Below, piece after piece: positions 50,376 through 61,161 of a DNA stretch of 64,000 nucleotides. The notes below the pieces were generated by a model. The model did no database searches, was not told the DNA's origin, and was given only the letters and a program-made list of their open reading frames with translations. The DNA is from an uncultured Chloroflexia bacterium (GTDB lineage: Bacteria; Chloroflexota; Chloroflexia; QHBQ01; JADMIH01): NCBI GenBank assembly GCA_963797095.1, contig CAWCNY010000006.1:768001-832000 (forward strand), in the 5' to 3' direction. The position numbers were made by a program, and so were the translations under genes. Numbering within the stretch: the first letter of the stretch is position 1; the number at the start of each line of letters is the position of its first letter.

Positions 50376-50756
50376 ATGCCACTCACGGGAATACAGTCGG
50401 TTTCGATCTATGTAAACGACGTTGATCAGGCGATTGACTTCTATACCAACAAACTTGGCTTTACCAAGAATGACGACGCGCCTATGTTCGAAGGCAGCGA
50501 TCTGCGCTGGGTAACGGTCTCACCTCCAGATTCCGATACCCAGATCGTGCTCGTCAGCGGTTACGCCGATTGGTCACCTGAGCGCGTCGGCAAGTTCTCC
50601 GGCCTGGTATTCAACGTCGACAACATGGTCGATACCTTCAACCAGATGGAGGCCAACGGCGTGGAGATCGTCGAGAAGCCCAGCAAGCAAATGTGGGGCA
50701 TGCAAGGCCAGTTCAAAGACCAGGACGGCAATACTTTTGTGGTTGTAGGACACTAA
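50376..50756 (+). CDS. VOC/glyoxalase family protein
   Basis: IYVNDVDQAIDFYTNKLGF and FKDQDGN motifs. Confidence 0.88.
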   Translation: MPLTGIQSVSIYVNDVDQAIDFYTNKLGFTKNDDAPMFEGSDLRWVTVSPPDSDTQIVLVSGYADWSPERVGKFSGLVFNVDNMVDTFNQMEANGVEIVEKPSKQMWGMQGQFKDQDGNTFVVVGH

Positions 50757-50831
50757 TGGAGTTCAAGGCTTGAAGATCAAGGGTCTCAAACCTTGAACTT
50801 AGAACTTCAAGCCAATAAAGGAGCAAAAACC

Positions 50832-51641
50832 ATGGAAGGTTATGCCCCGGTTGAGAACGGACAGTTGTATTACCAAACAGCAGGCGAAGGCCCGGCAATA
50901 TTGCTCCTCCACGCGGGTGTGGCCGACCACTCTATGTGGGAGCCGCAATTAGAGCCATTCTCGCAGGGCCACCAGGTGATAACATATGACCTGCGTGGCT
51001 ATGGCAAGTCGCGCACAGAGTCGGCTCCGTTCTCTAACCGCCAGGACATCTACGACCTGCTAATGCACCTGGGAGTAGACAAAGCCATCTTGGTGGGCAA
51101 CTCTCGCGGCGGCATCATTGCTCTCGACTTTGCCCTGGAGCACCCTGAGATGGTCACGGCCATCGTATGGGTGTGCGGAGGAGTCAGTGGAGCCGACCAC
51201 GACGCTCCCCAGGCCGAGATCGACTGGTTCAATAATCTCGAAACCCGATGGGAAGCCAAAGATTGGGCTACCCTCTCCGATTTGGAGGCCCACACCTGGG
51301 CCGACGGCGTTGGTCAATCCGAAGATCGCGCGCCCGCCCCTGTTCGCGATAGAGTTCGCCAGATGATATATGACAACTACACCCGCCAGGATGGAGAAGG
51401 AGAACCGCGCCCTCTGGACCCGCCCGCTGTAGGGCGACTTGACCAGATCACCTGCCCCGTGTTCGTCATTATAGGCGACCTCGATACCTCAGGCACTCGC
51501 GCCTCCGCCGACCTTCTCTCAGAAAAGCTGCCCAACGCCGAAACGGTGCATTTCCCCAGCGTGGCGCACATGGTCAGCATGGAGGAACCTGAGGAGTTTA
51601 ATCGCCTGGTGCTCGACTTCCTAAGCCGGCACAGGTTATGA
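50832..51641 (+). CDS. alpha/beta fold hydrolase
   Basis: Motifs LLHAG, DLRGYGKS, GNSRGG, GDLD and AHMVSMEEP. Confidence 0.9.
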   Translation: MEGYAPVENGQLYYQTAGEGPAILLLHAGVADHSMWEPQLEPFSQGHQVITYDLRGYGKSRTESAPFSNRQDIYDLLMHLGVDKAILVGNSRGGIIALDFALEHPEMVTAIVWVCGGVSGADHDAPQAEIDWFNNLETRWEAKDWATLSDLEAHTWADGVGQSEDRAPAPVRDRVRQMIYDNYTRQDGEGEPRPLDPPAVGRLDQITCPVFVIIGDLDTSGTRASADLLSEKLPNAETVHFPSVAHMVSMEEPEEFNRLVLDFLSRHRL

Positions 51642-51691
51642 ACATGAGCAATCCCGAATCCTAGATGCGGGATCGCAACTGCACAATCCGT

Positions 51692-51742
51692 ATCTAAAAC
51701 AGGCAAAATGGCGGCGTCGCCGCCATTTTGCCTGTTTTAGAT
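51692..51742. repeat. palindromic repeat, copy 3, between convergent genes
   Basis: ATCTAAAACAGGCAAAATGGCGGCG-T-CGCCGCCATTTTGCCTGTTTTAGAT. Confidence 0.85.
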
Positions 51743-51751
51743 CACTAAGCC

Positions 51752-53136
51752 TCAAGGCAATACCAGATAAAGGGCCTGCATACCTGATCGAAGGTGATCG
51801 TTTACGTGGCAATGGAATAACCAGGTACCTACCGCATCGGGCACCATGTCCATCACCGTCATCATGCCGGGGAGCAACTGCGTCATATCTGTACGCATCC
51901 CTCCCGCCATTCCACCCATACCGCCCACCGTAACCAGGGTGTTGCCATGCCAGTGGGGGCTGTGCACGTCGGCTTCGTTACCCATATCGAAGACATACCA
52001 GCGCACCGTTTCACCCCTGTGCATTACCAGGCCTGGCAGATTACTGAAAATATACCCGTTGATCGAATGCTTCAGATTGTCTTCAAAGAAGGCGTCGTCA
52101 TGAGGGTCAATGGGGCCTTCAGACGCTGCCTTGGCCCTCGCCTGCTCTGCTTGATGCGCTGCTGCCCTATCGGCTGCCTCTTGTTGTGCGTCCTCCTGGT
52201 CTTCGGCCCCGCCTTGACCATGCTCCGCTGCCTCTTCTTGCGCCGATGATTGATTAGCTGGTGGTGCCGCCCCCGGTGGCGCGTCTATCAACGGTCGTCC
52301 TATATACGTGGCCGCATTGCAGCCTAGATACCAGCTCTCATTCTCGTCAATGATGCTGAACATAGCGACGAACTCTCGGTCCACATCAACAGGGCTGCCA
52401 TCGGCTCTTACCATACCGCGCGCAGTGATAATAATAGGGCCGACCAACCCGCTGTTCACATCCTTGATCTCGTTGACGTGCGAATGATACACCCAGAGCA
52501 CCGAGCTACCGTCGCCGGGGCCTGGACCTGCACGTTCCGGAACCTGCCAGGTATAAACATAGGTGCCGCCGGGAGGCACAGCATCGTCATCCTTATCCGA
52601 TCCTGTTGTGCCGTCATTATAAGGAGCGCCCTCTGAGTCCTTCCCATAGAGCACCCCATGCGGATGCATACTGGCGGGATACTCGGTGTTGTTCTTGAAG
52701 TGGATCACTATCGTATCGCCCACCACCGCGCGGATCAATGGACCCAGCATCCCCAGGTGTTCCCATTCGGGCGGGCGCGGTTTGAGCTCTGTGAATGTGT
52801 CGTCGGTATATTCACGATACAGTGATTTGCGATAGACACTGCCGATCTGCCTGTCCGTGGTCTGCACGTAGATACTCGCCTCTGCATCGAACGGCTGCCC
52901 GGTAATGTTGTTACGATTGAGGGGGCATAGTCCCAGACAACTTCATCAGCAGCTATATAGTCCCAGACAACTTCATCAGCAGCTATATAGTAGGTCCTCG
53001 TCACAGGGTTGTCGGCAAATATAGTATGACCTGCCACAGACCTGGCGGCAGACCACACACCAAGCACCAGTAGTGGGATAAGGATCAAAGCAAATATCAG
53101 GCGTATAAACCTGAACGAGGATTGCCGTAGCCGCAT
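51752..53136 (-). pseudogene. secreted two-domain multicopper oxidase, frameshifted near 52920 (possibly a sequencing error)
   Basis: Signal peptide and YYIAADEVVWDYAP in one frame; MHPHG, YHSH, HSPHWHG and HCHVNDH..GM in another. The shift falls at a G5 run; an in-frame 30-bp duplication lies at 52927-52986. Confidence 0.8.
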
Positions 53137-53236
53137 TGAATTCGCCCCTTACTGCCCCAATCATGCCTCAAGAGCAAGTCCCATTGAGCCTGTCAAAACC
53201 GCAGGCAACGCTGCCAATCTCCTCTGAAAATAAGAG

Positions 53237-54481
53237 TTAGGCCACTTGTTGAACCTGTTGAATAGGCACAAGCTGCACCTGGTATCCAAGGCTCTCCAAG
53301 CGACGGACTGCCCGCTTCTCTACCATCTGCCGTTCTCGCTCATCAAAGTAGTTGCCTCCCAACTCCTGGTATGATACCCGACGCAAAAGCACATGATACA
53401 CAATCACCAAGATAGAATGAGCTACCGCTACCATCGCTCTCTTGCTCCCTCTTCTACGCACCAACCGCCCGTATTGAGCCGCCAGGTATGTGCCTTTGGT
53501 ACGCACTGCCCCATGTGCTGCCTCTATCAGCACCGCCTTGAGCCACGGACTTCCCTTGCGCGTCTTCCCACTCAACCGTTTACCCCCGCTCTGGTTGTTG
53601 CCCGGACACATGCCCGCCCAAGAAGCCAGGTGGTGCGCAGACGCAAATCGGGTCATGTCCACTCCTATCTCCGCTACCAGCACTTGAGCCGCTCGCTCCG
53701 AGATGCCCGGCACACTGTCCAACATTTCCAACTGCCCCTCCTCAACGAAAGGGCGCGCGCTCTCCTCAATCTCGGTGCTCACTCTCTCTATGGACGCATC
53801 AAGATAGTCAATGTGTCCAAGGTGCTCGGCTATCATGAAGCGGTGGTATCCGCGCACTCTACCGGAAAGAGCCGCCACCAACGCTTCGTGCTTCTCCCTC
53901 AGCCGTCCCTGGGCGAGATCGGCCAAGATATTGGCATCAGTCTGCCCATCAACCAGCGCACCCAACATGGCTCTGGCCGATACACCCATAATATCGGTGG
54001 CAACTCCTGCCAGCTTGATGTTGGCATCCTCCAGTATCTTCTGCAACCGATTGATGGTATTCGCTTTCTCCCTCACCAGCGTAGTGCGGAAGCGGGTCAA
54101 CTCCCGCAGGTCACGTTGTGCGGCATCTGGGATGAAGCTCCCTCGGAGCAACCCGTGCCGAAGCAGATCGGCTATCCACTCCGAGTCCTTGACATCGGTC
54201 TTACGACCAGGCACTGCCTTGATATGCTGGGCGTTGACCACCAACAACTCGAACTGCTCGTAGCCTTCCAACAGGTTGTAGATTGGCTTCCAGTAAACGC
54301 CGGTGGACTCCATCGCCACATGGGTGCACCCAACTTGCGCCAGCCAATCAGCCATGTGCAATATGTCGGCGGTCATGGTACTGAAGGTACGTACCGCCTT
54401 ACCAGAGGGAGTGAGCAAACAAGCCACTATCGTCTTCTTGTGTACATCAAGACCACAGCATCGCTCGTAAATCGCGTTCAT
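53237..54481 (-). CDS. IS110-family DEDD recombinase/transposase
   Basis: Same protein as 24441..25685. Confidence 0.95.
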   Translation of the reverse strand: MNAIYERCCGLDVHKKTIVACLLTPSGKAVRTFSTMTADILHMADWLAQVGCTHVAMESTGVYWKPIYNLLEGYEQFELLVVNAQHIKAVPGRKTDVKDSEWIADLLRHGLLRGSFIPDAAQRDLRELTRFRTTLVREKANTINRLQKILEDANIKLAGVATDIMGVSARAMLGALVDGQTDANILADLAQGRLREKHEALVAALSGRVRGYHRFMIAEHLGHIDYLDASIERVSTEIEESARPFVEEGQLEMLDSVPGISERAAQVLVAEIGVDMTRFASAHHLASWAGMCPGNNQSGGKRLSGKTRKGSPWLKAVLIEAAHGAVRTKGTYLAAQYGRLVRRRGSKRAMVAVAHSILVIVYHVLLRRVSYQELGGNYFDERERQMVEKRAVRRLESLGYQVQLVPIQQVQQVA

Positions 54482-54553
54482 GGACCACCTTACCTCCTTG
54501 CTTGTAATCTGATCCGATCTGATCCGATCTGATCCGATCTGATCCGCGTAACG

Positions 54554-54774
54554 CTTTACAGTCAGTGCGAAGAGGTCAGCCAACAGGGTGCCCACTATGC
54601 AAAGAATCTCCTCTACGTGCTTCCCAAGAGAGACCCCAGTACAAGGATCCCCAGAATGGGAGCGACAGACAATGGTGCCTGGGGACACCCAGGTCATACT
54701 TAGGTACAGGCTCGTGGCACCAGACTTCGCCCGACCTTTAGCGTTGGCTGCCTCTCGCAGACTGCAGACTAAAG
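54554..54774 (-). ncRNA. putative bridge/seek guide RNA of IS110 copy 2
   Basis: Same sequence as 25758-25978. Confidence 0.65.
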
Positions 54775-54852
54775 TATAACCATTTTCATTCGCTATGGTG
54801 GCCCGTAGGGTCATGATTACTTAGGGGAAGAATTAGCCGGTGTCAACGAAAT

Positions 54853-54936
54853 TTAACAATTGATAATAAGATTTACAAGAAGTTTAACGATTGCGCACCC
54901 AGCCTTAAATGGTTCTTAACAGTTCTCATATATACT
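54853..54936 (+). promoter_or_regulatory. PHO-box-like direct repeats plus -10 box upstream of a phosphatase
   Basis: TTAACA 54853, TTTACA 54872, TTAACG 54884, TTAAAT 54905 and TTAACA 54916 (last pair 11 bp apart); TATACT at 54931. Confidence 0.55.
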
Positions 54937-55108
54937 GCTCGTCAGGGATCCAACATCCCACGAGGCGTGTTGCACCCGCTCCTGAAGAACACGCCCTCAA
55001 TTCTTACCACCTGCTATTGAGGCCATATTTACAGTTCAGGTGGAAAGGCTATCGAGTTTACTCTTTAGTTTCATTTAGTCACAGACTTTAATTCAGGAGG
55101 GAGCTCTT

Positions 55109-56626
55109 ATGTCTCTAAAGGTATGGTTCCGCGTGCTGGTGGCTGTGTTCATACTGCTTGCGGTGGCGAGTAATGCAAGCTTGATGGGAAGTAATAGCGC
55201 ACAGGCCGCTGGAACGTTCGACAAGATCAACCATTTTATCGTCATTTACCAGGAGAACCGCTCGTTCGATTCGCTTTATGGTCAATATCCGGGCGCAAAT
55301 GGGCTGGCCAATGCCGGGGCAGCCGTAAACCAGGTTGACAAAAGTGGCACCCCTTACACAACTTTGCCCCAGCCCCTCAACAGCAACCTCAAACCTGTTG
55401 CTCCCGATCCTCGTATCCCTGCTACTTTGCCTGTCCAACCGTTCGATCTGAGCCTCTATATAGCGCCCAATGACAAGACAGGCGACATGGTGCACCGCTA
55501 CTACCAGGAGCAATACCAGATCGACGGCGGCAAGATGGACAAGTTCGTCGCCTGGACCGATTCGCAAGGCCTGGTGATGGGCTACTACAACGGCACCAAC
55601 ATGCCCGAAGGTTTGCTTGCGCAGCAGTACACGATGGACGACAACTTCTTCCATGCAGCCTTCGGTGGCTCTTTCCTCAATCACATGTTCCTGGTCTGCG
55701 CGTGCGCTCCCTCCTGGCCTGATGCTCCCGCTTCCAAGGTCGCCAAGCTGGACGCCAACGGTGTTATTACCACCGATGGGGCAGTAACACCCGACTTCTA
55801 TGTGGTCAATACATCTTTCACGATCAATTCGCCCCACCCGCCCAACATCACCGATACCACCCAGCTCGTTCCTGAGCAGACCGCCCCCACAATCGGCGAC
55901 CGCCTGAGCGACAAAGGCATCTCCTGGGCATGGTATTCAGGCGGGTGGAACGATGCAATCGCAGGTAATCCCGATCCCTTGTTCCAATTCCATCACCAGC
56001 CGCTTGCCTTCTTTGCTAACTACGCTGACGGCACTTCCGGGCGCGCCGCGCACCTGAAGGATGAGAACGACTTCCTCACGGCTCTGCAAACCAACAGCCT
56101 GCCTGCCGTGTCGTTTGTCAAGCCTATCGGCGAGCAAAACGAGCACCCCGGCTACACCAGCCTGGCCGAGGGCCAGGAACACGTGGCGGACCTCGTCAAC
56201 GCTGTCAAGAACAGCCCGTACTGGGCCGACAGCGCGATCATCATCACTTACGATGAGAATGGCGGTTCCTGGGATCACGTAGCTCCTCCCGTTGTTGACA
56301 AGTGGGGCCCAGGTACGCGCGTGCCCACAATCATAATCTCGCCCTTTGCCAAGAAGGGGTTTGTGGATCACACTCAATACGATACCACCTCGATACTGAG
56401 GACAATCGAGCAGCGTTGGGATCTTGCGCCTGTGGCCTCGCGTGATGCCATCGTAAATGACCTTGCCAACTCGTTTGACTTCGGCACATCCGCTGTGAAC
56501 CCTGGAATGCCTACCACCGGCGAAAGTTCCTTCAACCTGTGGTGGGTCATTGTAGGCGCTGCCTGCCTGATCCTCATAGGCATGGCCATCGTCTTCCGCG
56601 ACCGCGTCCGCTCGCTACTTAGCTAG
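55109..56626 (+). CDS. secreted AcpA/phospholipase-C-family acid phosphatase with C-terminal MPTTG-TM sorting signal
   Basis: Motifs VIYQENRSFD, DMVHRYYQ, FGGSFLNH, HHQP, TYDENGG.WDHV and GPGTRVP; tail PGMPTTG + TM + RDR. Confidence 0.9.
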   Translation: MSLKVWFRVLVAVFILLAVASNASLMGSNSAQAAGTFDKINHFIVIYQENRSFDSLYGQYPGANGLANAGAAVNQVDKSGTPYTTLPQPLNSNLKPVAPDPRIPATLPVQPFDLSLYIAPNDKTGDMVHRYYQEQYQIDGGKMDKFVAWTDSQGLVMGYYNGTNMPEGLLAQQYTMDDNFFHAAFGGSFLNHMFLVCACAPSWPDAPASKVAKLDANGVITTDGAVTPDFYVVNTSFTINSPHPPNITDTTQLVPEQTAPTIGDRLSDKGISWAWYSGGWNDAIAGNPDPLFQFHHQPLAFFANYADGTSGRAAHLKDENDFLTALQTNSLPAVSFVKPIGEQNEHPGYTSLAEGQEHVADLVNAVKNSPYWADSAIIITYDENGGSWDHVAPPVVDKWGPGTRVPTIIISPFAKKGFVDHTQYDTTSILRTIEQRWDLAPVASRDAIVNDLANSFDFGTSAVNPGMPTTGESSFNLWWVIVGAACLILIGMAIVFRDRVRSLLS

Positions 56627-56703
56627 ACTATGCTGGTTCCCGAAATATGACGTATCACATCCTGGATTGCGCCTCATAAGGCGCGACAACCAAACAGTTG
56701 TTA

Positions 56704-56744
56704 CAGCGTCCGAATGAGCTACCACGCGGCTCATTCGGACGCTG
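56704..56744. terminator. 16-bp stem hairpin after the phosphatase gene
   Basis: CAGCGTCCGAATGAGC...GCTCATTCGGACGCTG. Confidence 0.6.
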
Positions 56745-56906
56745 CATTATTCGTAGCAGCAAACCCTGACTCTTACCCATCTTGGCGATTTCTCGCACCC
56801 TCGGTCCCTTCGCGGCTTATAATATGCCCATTCAAAGACGAGGCTGGTAAGCCCCTGGCCTGGGCCTCGAAGATCAAAGAATGAACATAAGGTTGTGGAG
56901 GGCAAC

Positions 56907-57335
56907 ATGCGAAAGCTATTCACTAAATTCGCCAAAGAAGCATCTCGCTGGACCGGCCATCCTGTAGCTTTCCTGACTGCGGTCCTGGTGATCGCTGTCT
57001 GGAGTATTACAGGTCCGCTCTTCAACTTCTCCGACACCTGGCAACTCGTCATCAACACCGGCACCACCATTATCACGTTCCTAATGGTCTTCCTGATCCA
57101 GAACACCCAGAACCGCGACACTGCCGCTTTGCAGGTCAAGATAGACGAGTTGATCTACGTTATCGAAAAGGCCAATAACTGTCTGCTCGACCTGGAAGAA
57201 CTTGAAGAAGATGAACTGGACGAAATTCGTTCCACATACGAGAGAGTGGCGCGTGAGGCCCGCGACTCCAGGAGGCAAGAGCAACGCGGCCCTTATGATG
57301 TAGAACCTGACGCTGCAAACACCCCGAATGGATGA
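56907..57335 (+). CDS. low-affinity iron permease family (Fet4-like) small membrane protein
   Basis: FSDTWQLVINTGTTIITFLMVFLIQNTQNRD..A.Q.K.DEL signature. Confidence 0.88.
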   Translation: MRKLFTKFAKEASRWTGHPVAFLTAVLVIAVWSITGPLFNFSDTWQLVINTGTTIITFLMVFLIQNTQNRDTAALQVKIDELIYVIEKANNCLLDLEELEEDELDEIRSTYERVAREARDSRRQEQRGPYDVEPDAANTPNG

Positions 57336-57520
57336 GCATTCCCCTCCTGAGCAAAACGCCAATCCACATCCTCAAGCAACTTTTCCACAGTACATCCGCA
57401 GCCATCCCACAACCACCCCACATGTTAGATATCTCATGCTATTATGTCCTACATCTGGCGACCGATCATGGAAGCCGCGAGCGATTCGCATCAAGCAGTA
57501 CCGAACTCAGGAGAACAGGC

Positions 57521-58729
57521 ATGATCCAACCGGCTATTTCCTCACCCTCTACACTCCCCTCCATTGGGGACCTGCTGGCGCGCGGCAAGCAAGCCGCGAT
57601 GATGGGCCAGCGCGACCTGGCGCGTGAGCTACTCGCGTATGTGGTCTATTTGGAGCCAGCCAACGCCGACGGCTGGCTCTGGCTCTCCGGCGTGGTCGAT
57701 TCTCCTGAGCAGGTACGCTACTGCCTTGAGCGTACGCTTCGCATCGATCCTCATAATGCACGTGCCCTGCGCGGTATGGAGTGGCTGGACTCTCGCCAGA
57801 AAGAGATCGATGAAGCGCGCGCTGCCGCCGAGCGCGTCAAGCCTTACTGGCAGACCTCCAAGCCCAAGCCGCTCCTGAACCTGATCAAGAAGCGCACTGA
57901 GGCTACCGGAGCCGTCACTGCCACCGGAGAGACTCACGGTGGGCGTAGCGTACCAAGTTGGACAGCTATGTCGCCCACCGCCATGACGCGCACCCGCTCG
58001 GCACGCTCCAATATGCCCACTATGCCGGTCTCAGCTGCCACCCTGGAAAAGATCACTGGCAGCAATTCCACTCTTTCGGCACCTGTCAAAGACCCCACTT
58101 ACAGGGATGAAGTGCTTTCCGCAGATGATGACCTTGCCCCCCGATTTGTGACCAATGCGGCGATCCACAACCTGTGGCATTCCGTCCAAAAGGTGACGGG
58201 CGACCTGGGCTTTGGGTCTATGCTCCAGCAAGCCGGGTTGGTCGAACTGAACGGCTATTTCCCGGAGCCTGACGAGATGCCTGCTATCAACTATACCCGC
58301 TTCAGCGCCTTCACCGAAGCTATGGAGGAGTTCTATGGCCCCGCTGTCGAGCCTATGGAGGTAAAGGTGGGGCGCGAGATGTTCAAAATTGAGCTTGCCA
58401 ATAAGACCAAGCTGGCGAACGCCAAGGGCATCACCTTCAAGTTGATGTCCGCTGAAAAGAAGCTCCAAACCATCCTCATGGAGCTTGCCGATGCCCATGC
58501 GCGGATGGGTATGGAAACCTACTTTGAGGAGCGTGAAGGCGGCTACCTGTTCGTTATCGAGACCTGCCCCTATTGCTACGGCAGACTGACCAATGCACGC
58601 TGCAACGTGACCACAGGCTACTTGCAGGCAGGCATCGAATGGGCCACCGGGCGCACAATCCCCGCCGAAGAGATCACCTGTCGCGGCCTGGACGAGCCTG
58701 AGTGTGCGTACTGGATACCTGCCGCTTGA
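57521..58729 (+). CDS. TPR-like N-terminus, low-complexity linker and C-terminal V4R domain
   Basis: AWLWLS-type motif GWLWLS...CLERTLRIDPHN; C-terminal CPYC, C..TTGYL and EITCRGLDEPEC. Confidence 0.75.
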   Translation: MIQPAISSPSTLPSIGDLLARGKQAAMMGQRDLARELLAYVVYLEPANADGWLWLSGVVDSPEQVRYCLERTLRIDPHNARALRGMEWLDSRQKEIDEARAAAERVKPYWQTSKPKPLLNLIKKRTEATGAVTATGETHGGRSVPSWTAMSPTAMTRTRSARSNMPTMPVSAATLEKITGSNSTLSAPVKDPTYRDEVLSADDDLAPRFVTNAAIHNLWHSVQKVTGDLGFGSMLQQAGLVELNGYFPEPDEMPAINYTRFSAFTEAMEEFYGPAVEPMEVKVGREMFKIELANKTKLANAKGITFKLMSAEKKLQTILMELADAHARMGMETYFEEREGGYLFVIETCPYCYGRLTNARCNVTTGYLQAGIEWATGRTIPAEEITCRGLDEPECAYWIPAA

Positions 58730-58762
58730 TATTGGATTTAGCTTAAGGTTGAGATTGACTGA

Positions 58763-58782
58763 AGGCGGCCTTAGGGCCGCCT
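58763..58782 (+). terminator. GC-rich hairpin, probable terminator
   Basis: AGGCGGCC-TTAG-GGCCGCCT with a T-tract shortly after. Confidence 0.5.
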
Positions 58783-58867
58783 ACGTCGATTTTTGAAATT
58801 GGAAAGAGAGACCGCTATGGGCAACCTACGCCGCACCAAACCGTTACACATCTAAAGGGGGCCTGCT

Positions 58868-61121
58868 ATGAGACCACTTCTGAAGATTCGCAACCTGGGA
58901 GTGCTTTTGCTCCTGTTCGTGCTGTTGACTCCGTCGGCCCTGGTACAAGCAGAATCCCCTTGTAGCAGACTCTGCGTCCAACGTCATTGATCCTGGGTCG
59001 TTCATAATTGGCGTGAACTACGAAGGACCGACCGACCGCGCCTGGATGATGTGGGAGCCTGACAAGTTCGATGCGAACCTCATATCGCAGGATTTCGCCC
59101 GCGCCATCTCGGTAGGCATTAACACCGTGCGCATTTTCGTGCAGAAGCCTTTGCGCGACGACATCAACAAAGGCGACTACTCCAAGCTTGATGCTGTCAC
59201 CGGTCTTGCTCGCAAGTACGGCCTGCACCTCATCCTTACATTGACCGATTGGGCCGAGCCGGACCTGTCCAGCGCCGCCGATCTCAACCGCCTTATCGCC
59301 GCTCATCTGGCGGGCGAACCCTCAATCCTAGCCTACGATGTGAAAAACGAGCCTCAATTCACCGATATAGCCGGTGCTATCTACCCTGATAGCAGCGTGG
59401 TGCCTCTCCAGTTACCGGATACCCTATCCAAATACGAAGAAAAGGTATCGCGCTCCTCAATAGGCGAGTACCGCCGCAACTCGAACGGCCTTATTCCATC
59501 GCGCATGACCGACGATCAGGCTTATCTCTTCGCCAACTACTACGAGTTATACCGCGACTTCCTGAGTGACGCTTCCGGCTGGGTCAATAAGCACCCATCG
59601 ACTACCACCCTCGACTATATGGACTCCCCCAATTCCTCCAAATGGAGTACATATCTGGAGGCGTTGGATAGTACACTGGCGGCATGGGTGGGTGTGCAGA
59701 TGGCTCCGTTGCGAGAGGCCGACGCGGGCAGGCCCATTACGGTTGGCTACAGCAACATCGTCTTTGCCAAGCTCCCGTCCAATGTGCGACTCGACTTCCA
59801 GTCGGTGCACCGCTTCACCGGTCACGGCTACTCCGGCCTCAACGCAACTTTCCTGGTTCTTGAGAACCTCAAACATACCTTTGCACCCCAGCCTCTGATG
59901 CTGGAGGAGTTCGGCTATCCCGGCCAGATCAAGAACACCGATGGCAGCCTCACGGGCTACGACCCACGCACTACGGCCAACCTGGAGGCGGCGATCTGGG
60001 CTTATCTGTATACCAACGGATACATGGGTGGCGCCAAGTGGATGTTGAACAACTTTCCACAGGGCTACGATCCCGCTCAAAACAGCTTCGGAATGTTCGA
60101 CAACAACGGTCAGCCGAAGGTCACGGCCACCACACTCCGCGCTCTCTCCCAGGCACTTAGCGAAGGCGACCCCGGCTCGATGTCATTCTCAGGAATTAAG
60201 AGCGACGATGCGAACGCCGTGCAGTACGCGTTTATATCGCGCGCGGTGGCTATAGTGGGAGGCAAACAGTACACGGGGAAGGCTCTCACCTACACGGCGG
60301 ACGCTCCTGCTACTCTTGTGGCGACTACCGATGGCGGAACGATCACTCTATTTTCGTCAACCGCCGCCACCGTCACTCTATCTCTTTCCGCACTGTTCAG
60401 CATACCGGCAAGCGAAATAGGGCGCATCTCGCTTACTTCACAGGATAGCTCCGGCGCGACGTATAGCCCCAACCCGCCCTCGCTCGAAGGTGACACTCTG
60501 GTTCTCTCGGCCATGTATGGGCTACACACCTATCATCTGACTGCCATCCCGGCGGCTTTCGACCCGGCTGGCCCAACGCCCGATCCCGATACGGTCTATT
60601 TCCCGCAAACGCACCACAATCTGGGTGGTGATTTCCTGCGCTACTGGCAAGCGGGTGGTGGCCTTCCCATCTTCGGCTACCCTATATCCGAGCCACTGGT
60701 CGAGTATGGCAAGACGGTTCAATATTTCGAGCGCAACCGCTTTGAACTGCACCAGGAAAACCAACCGCCCTACAACGTCTTGCTGGGCAGGCTTGGGGCT
60801 GATATGACCGCCAACAGGGTCTTTGTGTCGGTCGATCCATTCCAACCCGATCCCGACCATGCTTACTTCCCCGAAACAGGCCATTCGCTCAATTACGCCT
60901 TCCTGGGCTACTGGAACAGACACGGCGGCCTTCCGGTGTTCGGCTACCCTATCTCAGAAGAGATCAAAGAGCGTAGCGCCACCGACGGGCAGGAGTACAC
61001 GGTTCAATATTTCGAGCGTGCCCGGTTTGAATACCACCCTGAGTACAAGGGCACCGACGCTGAAGTGCTGCTCGGCCTGCTGGGGATGGACGTAGTCAAA
61101 GCGCGAGGGTGGCAGCCCTGA
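58868..61121 (+). CDS. secreted clan GH-A (GH5-like) glycoside hydrolase with C-terminal YFPETGH/GYPISE surface repeats; frameshift near 58955-58960
   Basis: Motifs GVNY, NTVRIF, YDVKNEP (acid/base) and LEEFG (nucleophile); two C-terminal repeats. The signal peptide from ATG 58868 is out of frame at a C run. Confidence 0.78.
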
Positions 61122-61161
61122 TAACTTCCTGGAGTATGCATCTGTCTCGGTCTTGATAAGG

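Larger units (their letters stand above)
53219..54821 (-). mobile_element. IS110-family element, copy 2
   Basis: Apparently identical to 24423-26025 (all overlapping ORF translations identical); CT core at both ends. Confidence 0.93.

Noticed and set aside
52915-58965. Frameshifts in the oxidase (near 52920) and glycoside hydrolase (near 58957) genes as programmed or phase-variable events
   Set aside because: Both are single indels in short G/C homopolymers, most simply sequencing or assembly errors; they cannot be distinguished without reads.
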